A stretch of DNA of 64,000 nt from Schmidtea polychroa (lineage: Eukaryota): NCBI GenBank assembly GCA_044892525.1, contig CM097887.1, positions 61,752,001 through 61,816,000 on the forward strand, read 5' to 3'. Shown here one piece after another: positions 1-11,788 of this stretch (the first letter of the stretch is position 1; every line of letters starts with the position of its first letter). The position numbers and the translations under genes were made by a program. A model generated the notes under the pieces. That model had not been told where the DNA came from. It made no database searches and saw nothing but the letters and a program-made list of their open reading frames with translations.

Positions 1-513
1 ATTGTTATTAGTTCCCTTGCTAATGGAAATTCTCGTCGTCTTTCGAATGTCTTACTTGGTTCGAATATATCATCTCCTTCTACTTTTTGTCCAAGTTTTA
101 TATAACATATCATTTGAGATTTGACTGGCACTATTTTAACGCTACTCACCATCTTCCCACAACATCCACGGTTTCTTTGCTACAGGTGATGATGTGTATT
201 GTAGTGGGTTCCATATCTTTCCATAATCGACCTGGAATTTGGTTTATTGCTATAACTGAGACTTTCTCACCTGTGTCTATCATTGCATTTTTTTCCCATT
301 TATCTGAACCATCACTGTGATTGCTGGACCTCGTCTTTTGGATTTACACTTTGGGTCCTTCTCACTGAAATGTGGTCGATTCCAGCATAATTTTGTAATC
401 GCGGATACATGTTCACCGTTGGTATTATACCGGCACCAATTGTGGCTGCTTGCTGCCTCACAATGATTTTTGCATTCATCTTCTGCACTCCGATATTTGT
501 GTTTTCCACCCAT
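1..513 (-). mobile_element. Ty3/gypsy LTR retrotransposon remnant (gag C-terminus and aspartic protease), frameshifted
   Basis: Minus-strand translation gives a degenerate zinc-knuckle-like segment (LCWNRPHFSEKDPKC), then ITVMVQINGKK and, after a frameshift, AMIDTGEKVSVI, a retropepsin D-T-G motif. Runs off the window edge. Confidence 0.7.
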
Positions 514-2019
514 GCATATATTTCCTTCAAATTTATTTTGTGCAACTTTTTAAAATAAAAGTAAAGTTTTGTGTATGTTGTTAAATATCGTGATAATGAA
601 CATAACGGTATTTTCAACGCACTGATACTATGCTACAACATTAGGGTTTGAAAAACATAATAAATAAGTATGAGTTAAGAAATCGAACAAGTTTTACATT
701 TAAAAATATATTTTATCATTAAAATATGTGTTTCCGTTTACTTATTAAACTAATGGAAGAAACATTTTTTGTGTGCTCTGGTTGCAGTGCGTCCAACTTG
801 AACTGCAGATCCGATAAGTTGTGTAAAGTGAATTACTATTATTATACGAGTAGAATGGGTATTTATATTAAATTATCATTATTATTATTACTTAAATAAA
901 ACTGTCTTATGATGATTATTTATAGTTTTATTGAATATAAAAAGAATACGACGATCTACATTTAAAAAAAAGAAAATCTTAAAGTAGCCTTTGTGATGGA
1001 GATTCATGAAATAAACAAAAATTGCGTTGTTTAAATATTAACATTATTTGGTCCCCTTGTTTTTTTATTACCGGAAATTATGTAAAACATAGAAGCATCG
1101 AAAAACAATTATTGATTTTTATAAAAATTAATCCAATCTTTCACTAGACGTTTCTATATTACCTTTAGAGATCGTTAAAATGAATTCAAATATCGTTGAG
1201 TAAATCGTCATAAAGTACAACCGAAATCCTGTCAAAGAGAACTGTCAATAAGCAATTAGGGTCCTGTCTAGACGATATCGCTTGTGAAAAGACGATTAAT
1301 TTTAGAAACCTAATGAAAACGTCTAAGCATCAAGTTCACTGATCATTTGGTAGATCATAAAATAAGACACTGGTTAAATGACACTAAATTTATACTTCAT
1401 ATTTAATAAATAATTATTTCTGATGAAACAATATTTTAACTGGCATTTTTTGACTGAAAATATTTAGTATCATGAATATTTTAACTTCCTTTACTTCAAT
1501 CAATCATTCGTTACCGGAAATTATGTAAAACATTGAAGAAATCCATAATTTATAAATTATAAATAGAATTATTACATTTAAAGTTAAATTTCTTTAAGCA
1601 TTCAGAAATTCATATAAAATGGTTGATCTAACTCACGGAATGGAGAGAAAAATATTATAATCACATAAAAAATTCTTATTGGCTCTTTCCTGGTAAACGA
1701 TGAATTTTGTTTCTACTTCGCCATGATTGATAAGTTAAACAATTTTTAAATAATTAATTAATGTGGATATTGTATTTATGCCACTATTAATTAAAATGTT
1801 TTTGATACATTTATCAATATTTATCAATAGCTCGTCACAAATTACACGTTCCCAATAATTATTGAAATTTTTTAATATAATTTTAAAATCAGACATACCT
1901 GTTTTTCTCATACAGCTCTTATTGTGCTTACTAATTGCCTTTATTGATAAAGTCAATATTTTTAATTAGTTTTTTTCAAAATTTATATATGTAGAGCAAA
2001 AACTAACTCTAGGTTCATG

Positions 2020-5000
2020 CAGATCCGCCGCGTGGTTAAGAGGCGCCTTTGTGCCAGATTTTTTTTCAGCGCCCTTCCCTGAACTGGACCCCCATGTCAA
2101 AAACTATGACTTGTTATGAATTTAATCATTAGAATATTTCCAATGAATTCTTTTATTTTAAAAAATAATTGCAGCTTATATAATACGATAATATACAGGC
2201 ATGGGTTATATACATACAATATATAATACTAAATCTAAGCAATCAATAAAATTTGCTTGTCTCAAACATATATTAAGAATTAGATTACTTTATAATTATT
2301 CATCACTCAAAAATCAAAATACTTTTTACATATTTACTCTTCTAGCTTTAGCAGCTACAAAGTTTTTTATGAGATCGTTAATATCTATGGAATCCAAAAT
2401 ATTGCTTTCTATAGATATTATGGATAAGTCCGTTAATCGTTCTTCTTTCATGGTAGACCGTAAATAGTTTTTAATTAGTTTTAACTTAGAGAAACTTCTT
2501 TCTCCAGAAGCAACAGACACAGGTAATGTTAAAAAAATGCGTAATACAATAGTTATATTCGGGAAAATCTCATTTAATGCATTTTTATAAATGTAATTTA
2601 AAACCTCGTGAGGAGACAAGTCAGATTTTATAAAAAATTGAATGGTTTTTAATTCGTCGTTTAGAGCTATACCATCAATATCTTCATCGTTTAAGTTTGC
2701 ACCGTCGGTTAATTTTATATGCAAATCTTTGCAGTGTTTCAATAAATACTCATTATCCCATTGTTTTAGTTGGTTGATGTTGTGTATTATTTTAAAATCT
2801 TCGTTGTGTTGTTGCAATTGTTGAAATCGTTCTGAAATTGACGATATAGTGGTGTCCAGAATCGCGAAGTAGAAGTTAATTTTAAAATCATGTTTTGCAC
2901 CCTTCACTGTATCATCTGATGCTTCGTAATCGAATAACTTCCTTTTTTTTCGCTTTCGAGTTTCAGGGAAATCAGGCTCAATATCAAGTTCTCTAGCTTT
3001 AGCCATTGCAGACGTCACAAGTTCTTCAAATTTATCATCAGTTCTAAGACTTTTTAAGTTGTTCAAAATTGAATTAAGATTTTCTGTTACTAATTGTAAA
3101 TCGAATGTGGGCTTTTGCATTATTTTGCTGACAATATTGACAAGATTCAATATATCATACCAAATTGAGACGGAACACAAAAATTTAAAAAAACAAATTT
3201 TTGAAATTATATTATTTGCTTGAGCTCTAGAATCCATGTCTTTTGTGTGGTCATTAGTGATATCTAATAGAGCTTGATAAATTTCTGACATATACATTTT
3301 CAGAGGTTTCAGGGTTTCTATCCGACTTTCCCATCTAGTTGCAGAAAGTGGTTTTAGGGTTAAGCTTTTAACGTATTTTTTTAATACATCCCACCGTTTC
3401 ACACTAATTGAAAAATAATTATATAGTTCTTGAATCACACTAAAAAAATTTACCGTCTCAAATGAAATTTTAGCTGCATCGTTCACTACCAAATTTAATG
3501 AATGAGCAGCGCATGGAACGAAAGAAGCTCGTGAATTTATTTCAAGAATTTTTTGTTGAAGTCCATTATGTCTCCCACGCATATTAGCTCCGTTATCGTA
3601 CGACTGTCCGCGTAGATCTGATATATTAATGTTCATTAATTTCAAATGGTTAATGATGAACTCGAATAAACCTACACCGGTTGTGTCAGTTACACTTTGG
3701 AATCCTAAAAAATGCTCACGAATTTCTGCAACATTTCTCGATTTATTGTGATAAACAAATCTTATGACAATGGTTAACTGTTCAGTATGGCTTATGTCTG
3801 GTGTTTTATCAAGAATGATTGAATAATATTTTGAAGAGTGGAGCATTTCTAAAATCTTTTTCTTAATAGCATCACTTATAATGCTAATTATTTCATTTTG
3901 AATCTGATCACCTAACTAATGACTAATATTCTTTTTCTCAAACGTTTGAACGCGATGTAAATGTTCAGACATTATTGGATTGAATTTAGCTATGGTTTCT
4001 ATTAATTTCAAAAAGTTTCCGTTGTCGTTTTGACAAAGATTTTTAGATGAACCTCTAAATGCCAAGGATTGTCTTGATAAATACTGTATTATATGAATAA
4101 TTCGTTCCACGACCGATCGCCAATATTTTTTTTCGGTTTCGTAGAGTCGTTGTTGCATTGCATCAATTGTACAATTTTTTTTTAGTGACATTCTCAATTC
4201 GCTATATTTTGAAATGTTTTTGATGTGCCCAACACTAGTTTCGTGAACTTTTAATATGTGGCTTAAGTGTTGCCAATCATTACAACCACTAGTAAGTTGT
4301 GTAGTATTGACAGACATTAATTTGCAAAAGTAACAAAATACTGAATTTTGAGTTTTCGAATAAAGCAAAAATTTACGTCCAGACTCATTTTTTGGGAAGT
4401 CTTTCAAAATTAATTGCTTAGGATCATTTTCTATTAAACAATCTCTTAATTTTATATTAATTTGTTTTGGCCAAGTAGCCGGATCGTTAAAATCAATTTT
4501 TTCGGAATCAGAATCGGTTTTATTACTTTCTTTCGGTTCGTTTTCTATTGTAGAGTTTGTGGATACACCAGAAGAACTTTGTGTTTCGAAATTCAGGTCT
4601 TGATTTTCTTACGTTGCAGTCGTAGTAGGATTAATAGTTTTAATAGTGAATTTATCTAAAGAACCTGATAGCTTTTGTCGAGCGTTTTCTCGCTGAAGTC
4701 TATTTTTCTTATTTTGCGCGCCTGATAATTTTGATTTTTTTCCGATTCCAGACATCTAAGGATTTTAAGTTAAAATTTATTATACATTGTAATTATTTAA
4801 TATTGTTATTTAATATATAATTAGTTATTTAATATTGTAAATTATACTTACGTTGAAATTTTATAATGAATGCCTGATGAAAATCAATAAATATTTGATT
4901 TACGCAGAATACAAATGCAGTGGTGGTCTTGACTAGACGTAAATGTGACGCCTTTATCGAACGAATTTGAGCGATCTACATCGATTGCATCGCACGAAGT

Positions 5001-5240
5001 CACGAGCGAGCTTTCATAGCGTGGTAGAATAAGGTATACGTTGCGCCCGCGTTTCCAGTATCTCTCTAATAAATCCATATTTGTCACTTTTACTTTTTTA
5101 TCATTTAATTTTTTAATATTTAATTTTAATTTTTTTTATTTAGTGAGGTGGCGCCGAGTGAAAGAGGCGCCTGCCGGCGCCTTTTTCACTCGGCGCCCTT
5201 GTGCGGGGCACAATATGAACAATCGTGCGCGGCGGCCCTG
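2020..5240 (-). mobile_element. Full-length hAT DNA transposon (ZMYM1-like transposase family)
   Basis: Identical 8-bp TSD GGTTCATG at 2012-2019 and 5241-5248. Imperfect TIRs CAGATCCGCCGCG / CAGGGCCGCCGCG. Internal transposase on the minus strand. Confidence 0.95.
2326..4755 (-). pseudogene. hAT transposase interrupted by stops; C-terminal 506 codons intact
   Basis: ATG at 4755 (MSGIGKKSKLSGAQ...), TTF-like VFCYFCKL, catalytic-type SIILDKTPD, GQSYDNGANM and SGERSFS, and the hAT dimerization motif FPNITIVLRIFLTLPVSVASGERSFSKLKLIKNYLRSTM. In-frame TAG at 3916-3918 separates two ORFs; a further stop lies near the N-terminus. Confidence 0.9.
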
Positions 5241-6518
5241 GGTTCATGCATAAGTAACATGACGAAATGCATCGGAACATAACACGCAAACATAACAGTA
5301 TGTCGAGTTAAATATGAAACATATTAAAACACCAAATAAACATAACAAATAGAATCCACATGACACCAAAGGAATAAACCCAAGTTTAAAGAAAAATTAA
5401 ACAAAAGCAATAAGCAATACACGAAACAAACTCAAACAAAACATAAATACATAACAGAAGTAAGCAAATTTGAATAAATGGCGATAAAGAGAAATAAAGA
5501 CGGAAATCAGAAAGATTTCCATAGAATAACATCAGAGAACATGAATTAGAGATAAAAACTACAATCGTAATAAATAGAAAACTAGAATATTCCGTAAAAA
5601 TGTTGAAATCAATCATGGTCGCCAAGTAATTTAGCAAAGTTAACTAAAGAATAAACATTTAATAATTAAATTAAGAAAAAACAGGAATAACATAAGAATT
5701 ACAAGAAAATGAAAATTATATATTAAAATATCTAAAACAACATAGAATGTTCTGGAAAACGCCCATATCCATTATGGCGGCAAATTTAGTTAAAAATAAT
5801 TAAAATATAAAACTTTAAAAATAAAATTAATCATAAATTATAAAAAATCGCCATCAAAATTGATAAAAATTAGAATTCAAAATTAGATAGAATTAAAATA
5901 ATTCAAATTTGTTTTACTGAATCAATGCACGCACACATACTGGTACACCAAAATTAGAGTATATATACCGGTGCACTTCGGTCACAAAACACATGATTTT
6001 ATGCCAACAATTTTGTCAGCAAATTATTTATCTGTGTCGTTTCATAATTTGTTACTTATTATGGTATTATGAGTATATAGGGTTGTTTTAGTTTTAAATT
6101 TCTTTTTGAACAAGCGAGATTGTTTTCAACATCACATTACTTATTTTTCGGGCCCATAGCTAATAAAGTTAATAAAATGAATGCCAACCAGGAATGATGG
6201 TTGTACTGCGCCGTGTAAACGGAGTAGTTTTACCAACCTGTTTATCAGGAACTTTTTGGGGACCTGTGTTGACAACGATCAGCATCGACGTTGTTTACAT
6301 GTGACGTTAATTAAATCGACCAAGGCGACGGCGAAATAGATATGCTAAAGGGGATTTTATCAAATTCTTCAAAAAGCAGTTATATATTCCCCGAAGTAAA
6401 ATATAAAAGGCATAGACAACTCTAATAAACCCACTGATTGAATAGGACGGGATGCATAAGACCTAAAAAATAAGAAGGAAAAATCCAAACAACTGACAAT
6501 AGAATTCCCAATTAACCT

Positions 6519-6660
6519 TGTTGTCTTTTTCGGAACTTATCATTTAGTTAATAGAAATAGGACACTTTGAATTTGTGAATCTTTATTTTCATTACATATT
6601 TAAACAAAGTTTAAATAATTTGATAGTATTTATAATAATTATTTAATTGATTTGGCTACA
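6519..6660 (-). repeat. 3' LTR of the gypsy element (142 bp)
   Basis: Aligns by eye with 9497-9655; begins TGTAG and ends ACAACA on the minus strand. Confidence 0.9.
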
Positions 6661-7065
6661 TAGTCCTCCGCCTAGGTCATGGAGTGATCTATTAAATTCT
6701 TGGAGATTGGTTGCTTTGAGTTTGTTTACCGATACTCGTATAATCCTCTTTGGTAATTGAATTTAAATATATTATGGAGCCACTTAAATACATCCAGTTG
6801 GTGGCTCTCTGGCAGGACTATTTGTTGTGATCCTATTGACATGTTTACAAACATTCCATCTTCATTCTTTTGAATTTCGAACGTGGGAAAAGCTTCTAAC
6901 ATTTTGAGGAATGATGGGTCTTTCTGTTGTTGAATGATTTCAGTTTTGGTTATCTGTATTGAGTGAATATGTGTTTCTTCATTGGCGTTGTCACTGGTGC
7001 CCATTTGCCTGGATAGAAAATCTGCAACCAAATTATCTTTACCCCTTATGAACTGGATCCATCGC

Positions 7066-7629
7066 GTAGCACGTCAATTGCGCGGACGCCAATTGCGCGG
7101 GTCCAACTGCGCGGTAGGCAATTGCGCGAGTAGTCAATTGCGCGGCCGTCAATTAATTATTATTAAATAAATTATTAAATGGGCTATCGAGAGGGGCAAC
7201 AAAACTTTAATTTATAAGAATTTCGAATACGTTAAGGAATGCGAAAATGTGTGTGGTACTACCGCATGGCGTTGCAGGTTCAACAAGAAGTTCAAATGTA
7301 AGGCTTGAGTTGTAACCGATGACAGTAAAGTTGTTTGTGAGAAACAACCGGAACACACGCACAGTGGTAACGTCGCAACAGCAAAAGCACGAAAGGCGGT
7401 AGGAGAGATGAAAGAAATGATGGGCGCGTTGATGGCTACACCTAGTTCCTCACAGGCGTCCGTTTCGGCGGCACTAGATGATCACGTGCTGATGGCTTTG
7501 CCTAAACGATGACAACTATCCGCGTAGTTGGACCCGCGCAATTGACGCCCCCGTAATTGACTACCCGCGTAATTGACGTCCGCGCAGTTGGACCCGCGCA
7601 ATTGACGTCCGCGCAGATGACATGGTTTC
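7066..7629 (+). mobile_element. Non-autonomous Mutator/MULE-like element with a FLYWCH zinc-finger fragment, nested in the gypsy RNase H
   Basis: 9-bp TSD ATCCATCGC (7057-7065, 7630-7638). Inverted arrays of a ~15-bp unit (GTCAATTGCGCGGAC) at both ends. Internal frame IYKNFEYVK...TTAWRCRFNKKFKCKA*VVT...EHTH matches the FLYWCH pattern. Confidence 0.8.
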
Positions 7630-9496
7630 ATCCATCGCCATTGCCTATTTGATAGATCTTTCATTGTGTTTAGCTAAATCAGTGGTTTATGGTCGGTAAG
7701 TAATTCAAAACTGTTGCCCTCCAGGTGGTGCTTGAAGTTTTTGATGGCCAGTTAAACTGCTAGCAGTTCTTTGTCAAATTTTGAATACCTGCGTTCTATA
7801 CTATTTAGTTTTCTTGAGAAGAAACTGATGGGTGTGAGTTTGCCATCGCTATTTCTGTGATTGAGACTTGGACCAATGCGTATATCCGATGTGTCCGTAC
7901 ATAAAATGAAAGTTCGCTTTGAATTTGGGGGTGTCAACTCGACTATTTCATGTAGTTTCTTTTTTGCCGCCTCAAAGGAGAGAGTATGTTGTTCCGTCTA
8001 TAAGAACTTGCGTTTGTTTTTGAAATCTTCAAGGTGATTTTGGTCGTTTGGGCGTGGACATGATGACATTGCTTGAATTTTATTTGATTGTGGTTATATT
8101 TTTGAACCTGAAATGTTAAATCCAAGGAATTTTACTGTTGTTTGAGTCGTGCAGAATTTATTTTCATTGTCGGACAAATTTTCGTCTTGCAAGACTTTCT
8201 GAATGACTGATAAGTGACCACGATATTCTTCTCTAGACTTTGAAAAGATGATTATATCATCTATATACAATCTGGCAAATTCTATGTACGGGCGTAGTAG
8301 TTTGTCCATGAACCGTTGAAAGATCTGCGGCGCATTTTTAATCCAAATGGCATTTCTAAATATTCATATAATCCAAATGGCGTGATTATTGCTGTTTTTG
8401 GTATATTAGTTATTGAGATGGAGATTTGATGATATGCCTTCTTTAAGTTGATGGTTGAAGATATTCGGTTCCCTCCCAGTTGATCGAGTATTTCAGTTAT
8501 TCTTGGTAATGAGTATCTGTTTGACTTTGTTGCTGCATTCATAAGTCTGCAGTCTCCATAGGGTCGAATCGGTCCGTCTTTCTTACGATTACCAATGGGG
8601 ATGCCCAGTTGCCTTTACTTTCTAACAAAAGGCATTTTGCGATTAACTCATTAAATTCCCTTTCCACCATTTCTAAATACTTCCCGCTTAAACGTCTAGC
8701 TGATTGTGCAATTAGTGGGCATGCTGTTTCTATCTCCAATGCGTTCTCAAGAAGAAATGGGTTGATTTTTCAGGAGCAGTCATTTCTTTGGCTTCTGTCG
8801 TATTTTCGGCAATGTAGATCATTTCTACAGTCAATCACAAACTTATGGATGGTAGAAAATCTGCTCCTAGAATCGGGAGGTTTATATCTGCCACCACGAA
8901 GCTCCATCTAAAGTTCTGCTCTGCTTTCAATCCTGAAATGTAGTGTCTTCGAACCATACGTTTTGATGTTGCAGTTATTGGCTCAAACAAGTTTAATTGG
9001 TACGTCTCTCGAAGCAGGAGTAAATGCATTTGCTGGGATGACGCTGACATCCGCTCCAGAATCCACGAGGAAATAGTGTGTTCTGTCGCTCTGGAGAATT
9101 GGCACAGTGAATATTGCTTAACTTTTTGTCGACATCAAAGAGATCCTTGAGCGCTTTAGTTGTCTGAGCAGTTGACTTGGTTTTCGGTCACTAAGTTCTT
9201 GTTTCTGCAGCAATATGTTAGCAGCCTCTGTTGTCGATTCTTTTGATTCCTGATTATTGCGTCTTTTAACGTCGAATATGGCAGTTTGATGTGTCGGTCT
9301 AATAGATCCTAGTATTCTTCGAGGATTCGTGGTGGTAAACTGGTGGGCAGGTGAAAATATTTTCATTTTTCATTTTTTTATTGATGCCAGCTCAAGTGCA
9401 GTGTCAACTTGTTGGAACCACCTACCACGTTGTCTAAGAAAATCGGTATCTTCATCTGGATGTGACTACTTTCATGAGCCACACTACTGACTCCGA

Positions 9497-9655
9497 TGTT
9501 GTCTTTTTCGGAACTCATCATTTATTTAATAGAAACAAGACACTTTTTGAATTTGTGAATCTTTATTATTATTACATCTGTAAACAAAGTTTAAATAATT
9601 TGATTATTATGAATATTATAGCATTTATAATAATTTTTTAATTGATTTGTCTACA
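9497..9655 (-). repeat. 5' LTR of the gypsy element (159 bp)
   Basis: Partner of 6519-6660. Followed on the minus strand by TCGGAGTCAGTAGTG, resembling a TGGTGTCAGAAGTG (tRNA-Leu-type) primer-binding site. Confidence 0.9.
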
Positions 9656-10522
9656 AACCTATTTAACAAATATATATATCAAAGGATTATCAACAAACAT
9701 TTTTTTATGAAGATAATCAAATTTAAATGGAGTTCCGGGTCTTTTACAGTAGCCAACCGGTTCATAAAGTTGCCCTGATTCTTCCTTACTTTCATTTGAG
9801 AATGAAGCGACGGAATCATCANNNNNNNNNNNNNNNNNNNNNNNNNNNNNNNNNNNNNNNNNNNNNNNNNNNNNNNNNNNNNNNNNNNNNNNNNNNNNNN
9901 NNNNNNNNNNNNNNNNNNNNNNNNNNNNNNNNNNNNNNNNNNNNNNNNNNNNNNNNNNNNNNNNNNNNNNNNNNNNNNNNNNNNNNNNNNNNNNNNNNNN
10001 NNNNNNNNNNNNNNNNNNNNNNNTTTCTTGGTAGTACCATTTATTATTTAAAACAATAGTGATAATTTAAGCCTTTTGTTGAGAATAATGTATTTAATGA
10101 AAAAATTTCGACTGTAAGATAGTCCTTGTTAATCTCCTGGAATTTAGCAATTTTCATCCCACACATGCATCTCAATCTTTCATTTATTTCCTTTTTTTAC
10201 TTCTCATTTGTTAAAAATATAATATAATGATTTACTTTCTTTTTTCTGAATTTTTAAAAATTTTTATTTAAAATTTAAATTTAAATTAAATATAATTTAA
10301 AATTTAAAATTCAAAATGAAACACCAACCAAAATTTTTAAATTTTTAAAGCTTCTATAATTAGCCCCTAGAAGCCTATTTTAATAAAATATTTTAAAATA
10401 ATTATATAATATGTCAATTTTGATTTTTAATTCCTATCTTTTGAAAGCATATTTCCTAAAATTTCTATATTATTTTAATTATTACTTTTTATAAATTTTT
10501 TATATTTTTTATATATTATCAG

Positions 10523-11700
10523 TTATTCTGAAGATAAATGACAACAGATCAAATTGATGATTTCATTGATTTCTTCTTTAGTGTTGATTGTTGGCTGTCT
10601 GTTTATAATGGGAATTGCTTCTTTGAATCTGACTTTTTTTTGGATGGTTCCATTGGATACGATTTCGATTGAAATATTTATTCTTTCTTTTTTTGGTTGA
10701 CATTGTTGAGGATGTCTGTTTACCGAGGATTTTCCACCAGGATCTAGATGTTCTTTAACTCTTTGGTGCAAGGTCCTGAGTGTACTTCCAATGTATATTT
10801 CCTTGCATACATTGTACGTGATGCAATAGACTATCTTTTTTCTAAAGCACATATCTTTCGGTGTCTGGCAGTCTTTCATTGTGCAATTGTTTTCTTTATT
10901 TGTGTTGTTTGCCAGAGCTTTTCTCAATGTCCAGGATTTACATGCTATCCGAACTGGAAGATCGGTGCGTTTAAGTTCTTTCAGGATCTTGAAGTCAAGT
11001 ATGTCACTGATGAATTTTTATAGCAGGACTCTCTTTATGGGTTTTTATTAGGTGGAAGAAGTTGGGAAGATCAGAATTTTTTGTGACGAAGGTCTTGGTT
11101 ATTCTGTTATTGAGCCCCATTTCCAAAACAACGGCTTTCCATACTTTGTTGATCTTCATTTCGATGGTGTTTGGTGACATGCGGCTGACTTTCTTGTATG
11201 TTTCAATGTTTCAAATCGTAGGCAGCTTCACAGTAACGATTTTTCTCTATAATGCAAAATTCTCCCCCTTGTCACTTGGTAAGTAAACTTATGGTTTCAT
11301 TTTAAGGGGTTTTAATATTGCTTGTTCATCTTTCGTTAGGTTTGAGAGATATGGTTTTCTTTTTTCCTTTTCAACTATCTCCATGATTTTGTGGCAAACC
11401 TTTGAAAGTGTTGAATATAATTCTGCATCAGGATTTGGATGAAAGAGTTTATTTGTCTTTATATATACTGTGAGCTTTTCTTCGTTATTTTGTATTGTTC
11501 CATTTGATTTGGCACGCAATGCGACAAAGAGCTGTTTTGAAATTGAGGTTGGCTGCTTCATCTTCAAGAAAAAACATACGAAGCACTACAAATATAGTTG
11601 AGTCTGATTCTCAGAATCAGACTCATTGGTGTGTGGTCACGTTTGACTTTTTCCGTGTTTTCGAATACAAAATTTGTAAAATATGTAATACCATGACAAT
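10523..11700 (-). mobile_element. Penelope-like element with GIY-YIG endonuclease; RT core deleted
   Basis: N-terminal PLE motifs SNLTKDEQAIL...SDKG and LPNFFHLIKTHK. C-terminal GIY-YIG IVYCITYNVCKEIYIGSTLRTLHQRVKEH (ORF 10523-10927). No RT motifs between them. Confidence 0.85.
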
Positions 11701-11735
11701 AGGCCGTGCCGAAGACAGTTTTCGGGACGCCTAGA

Positions 11736-11788
11736 CAGAGTTCCTTAAATCTGGACTATCCCGAAAACCGAGACGTTTGGTCACCCTA
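11736..11788. mobile_element. Single end of a hAT-type MITE (TAGGGTGACC terminus)
   Basis: Ends in ...TTTGGTCACCCTA, the same TIR type as 24381-25036. No partner end seen. Confidence 0.45.

Larger units (their letters stand above)
6519..9655 (-). mobile_element. Ty3/gypsy LTR retrotransposon, LTR-bounded, degenerate, integrase core missing
   Basis: Direct-repeat LTRs at 6519-6660 and 9497-9655 (TG...CA) with 5-bp TSD AACCT (6514-6518, 9656-9660). Internal minus-strand fragments: gag (LSDRKPSQLLRQL), protease tail (FVVADINLPILGADFL), RT (WASPLVIVRK, YSLPRI, YIDDIIIFS), RNase H (LCTDTSD, DHKPL, DNLVADFLSR). Purine tract next to the 3' LTR. Confidence 0.93.

Noticed and set aside
7066-7629. CRISPR-like array
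   Set aside because: The units are directly adjacent 15-mers with no unique spacers, arranged as inverted subterminal arrays of a transposon in a eukaryotic genome.
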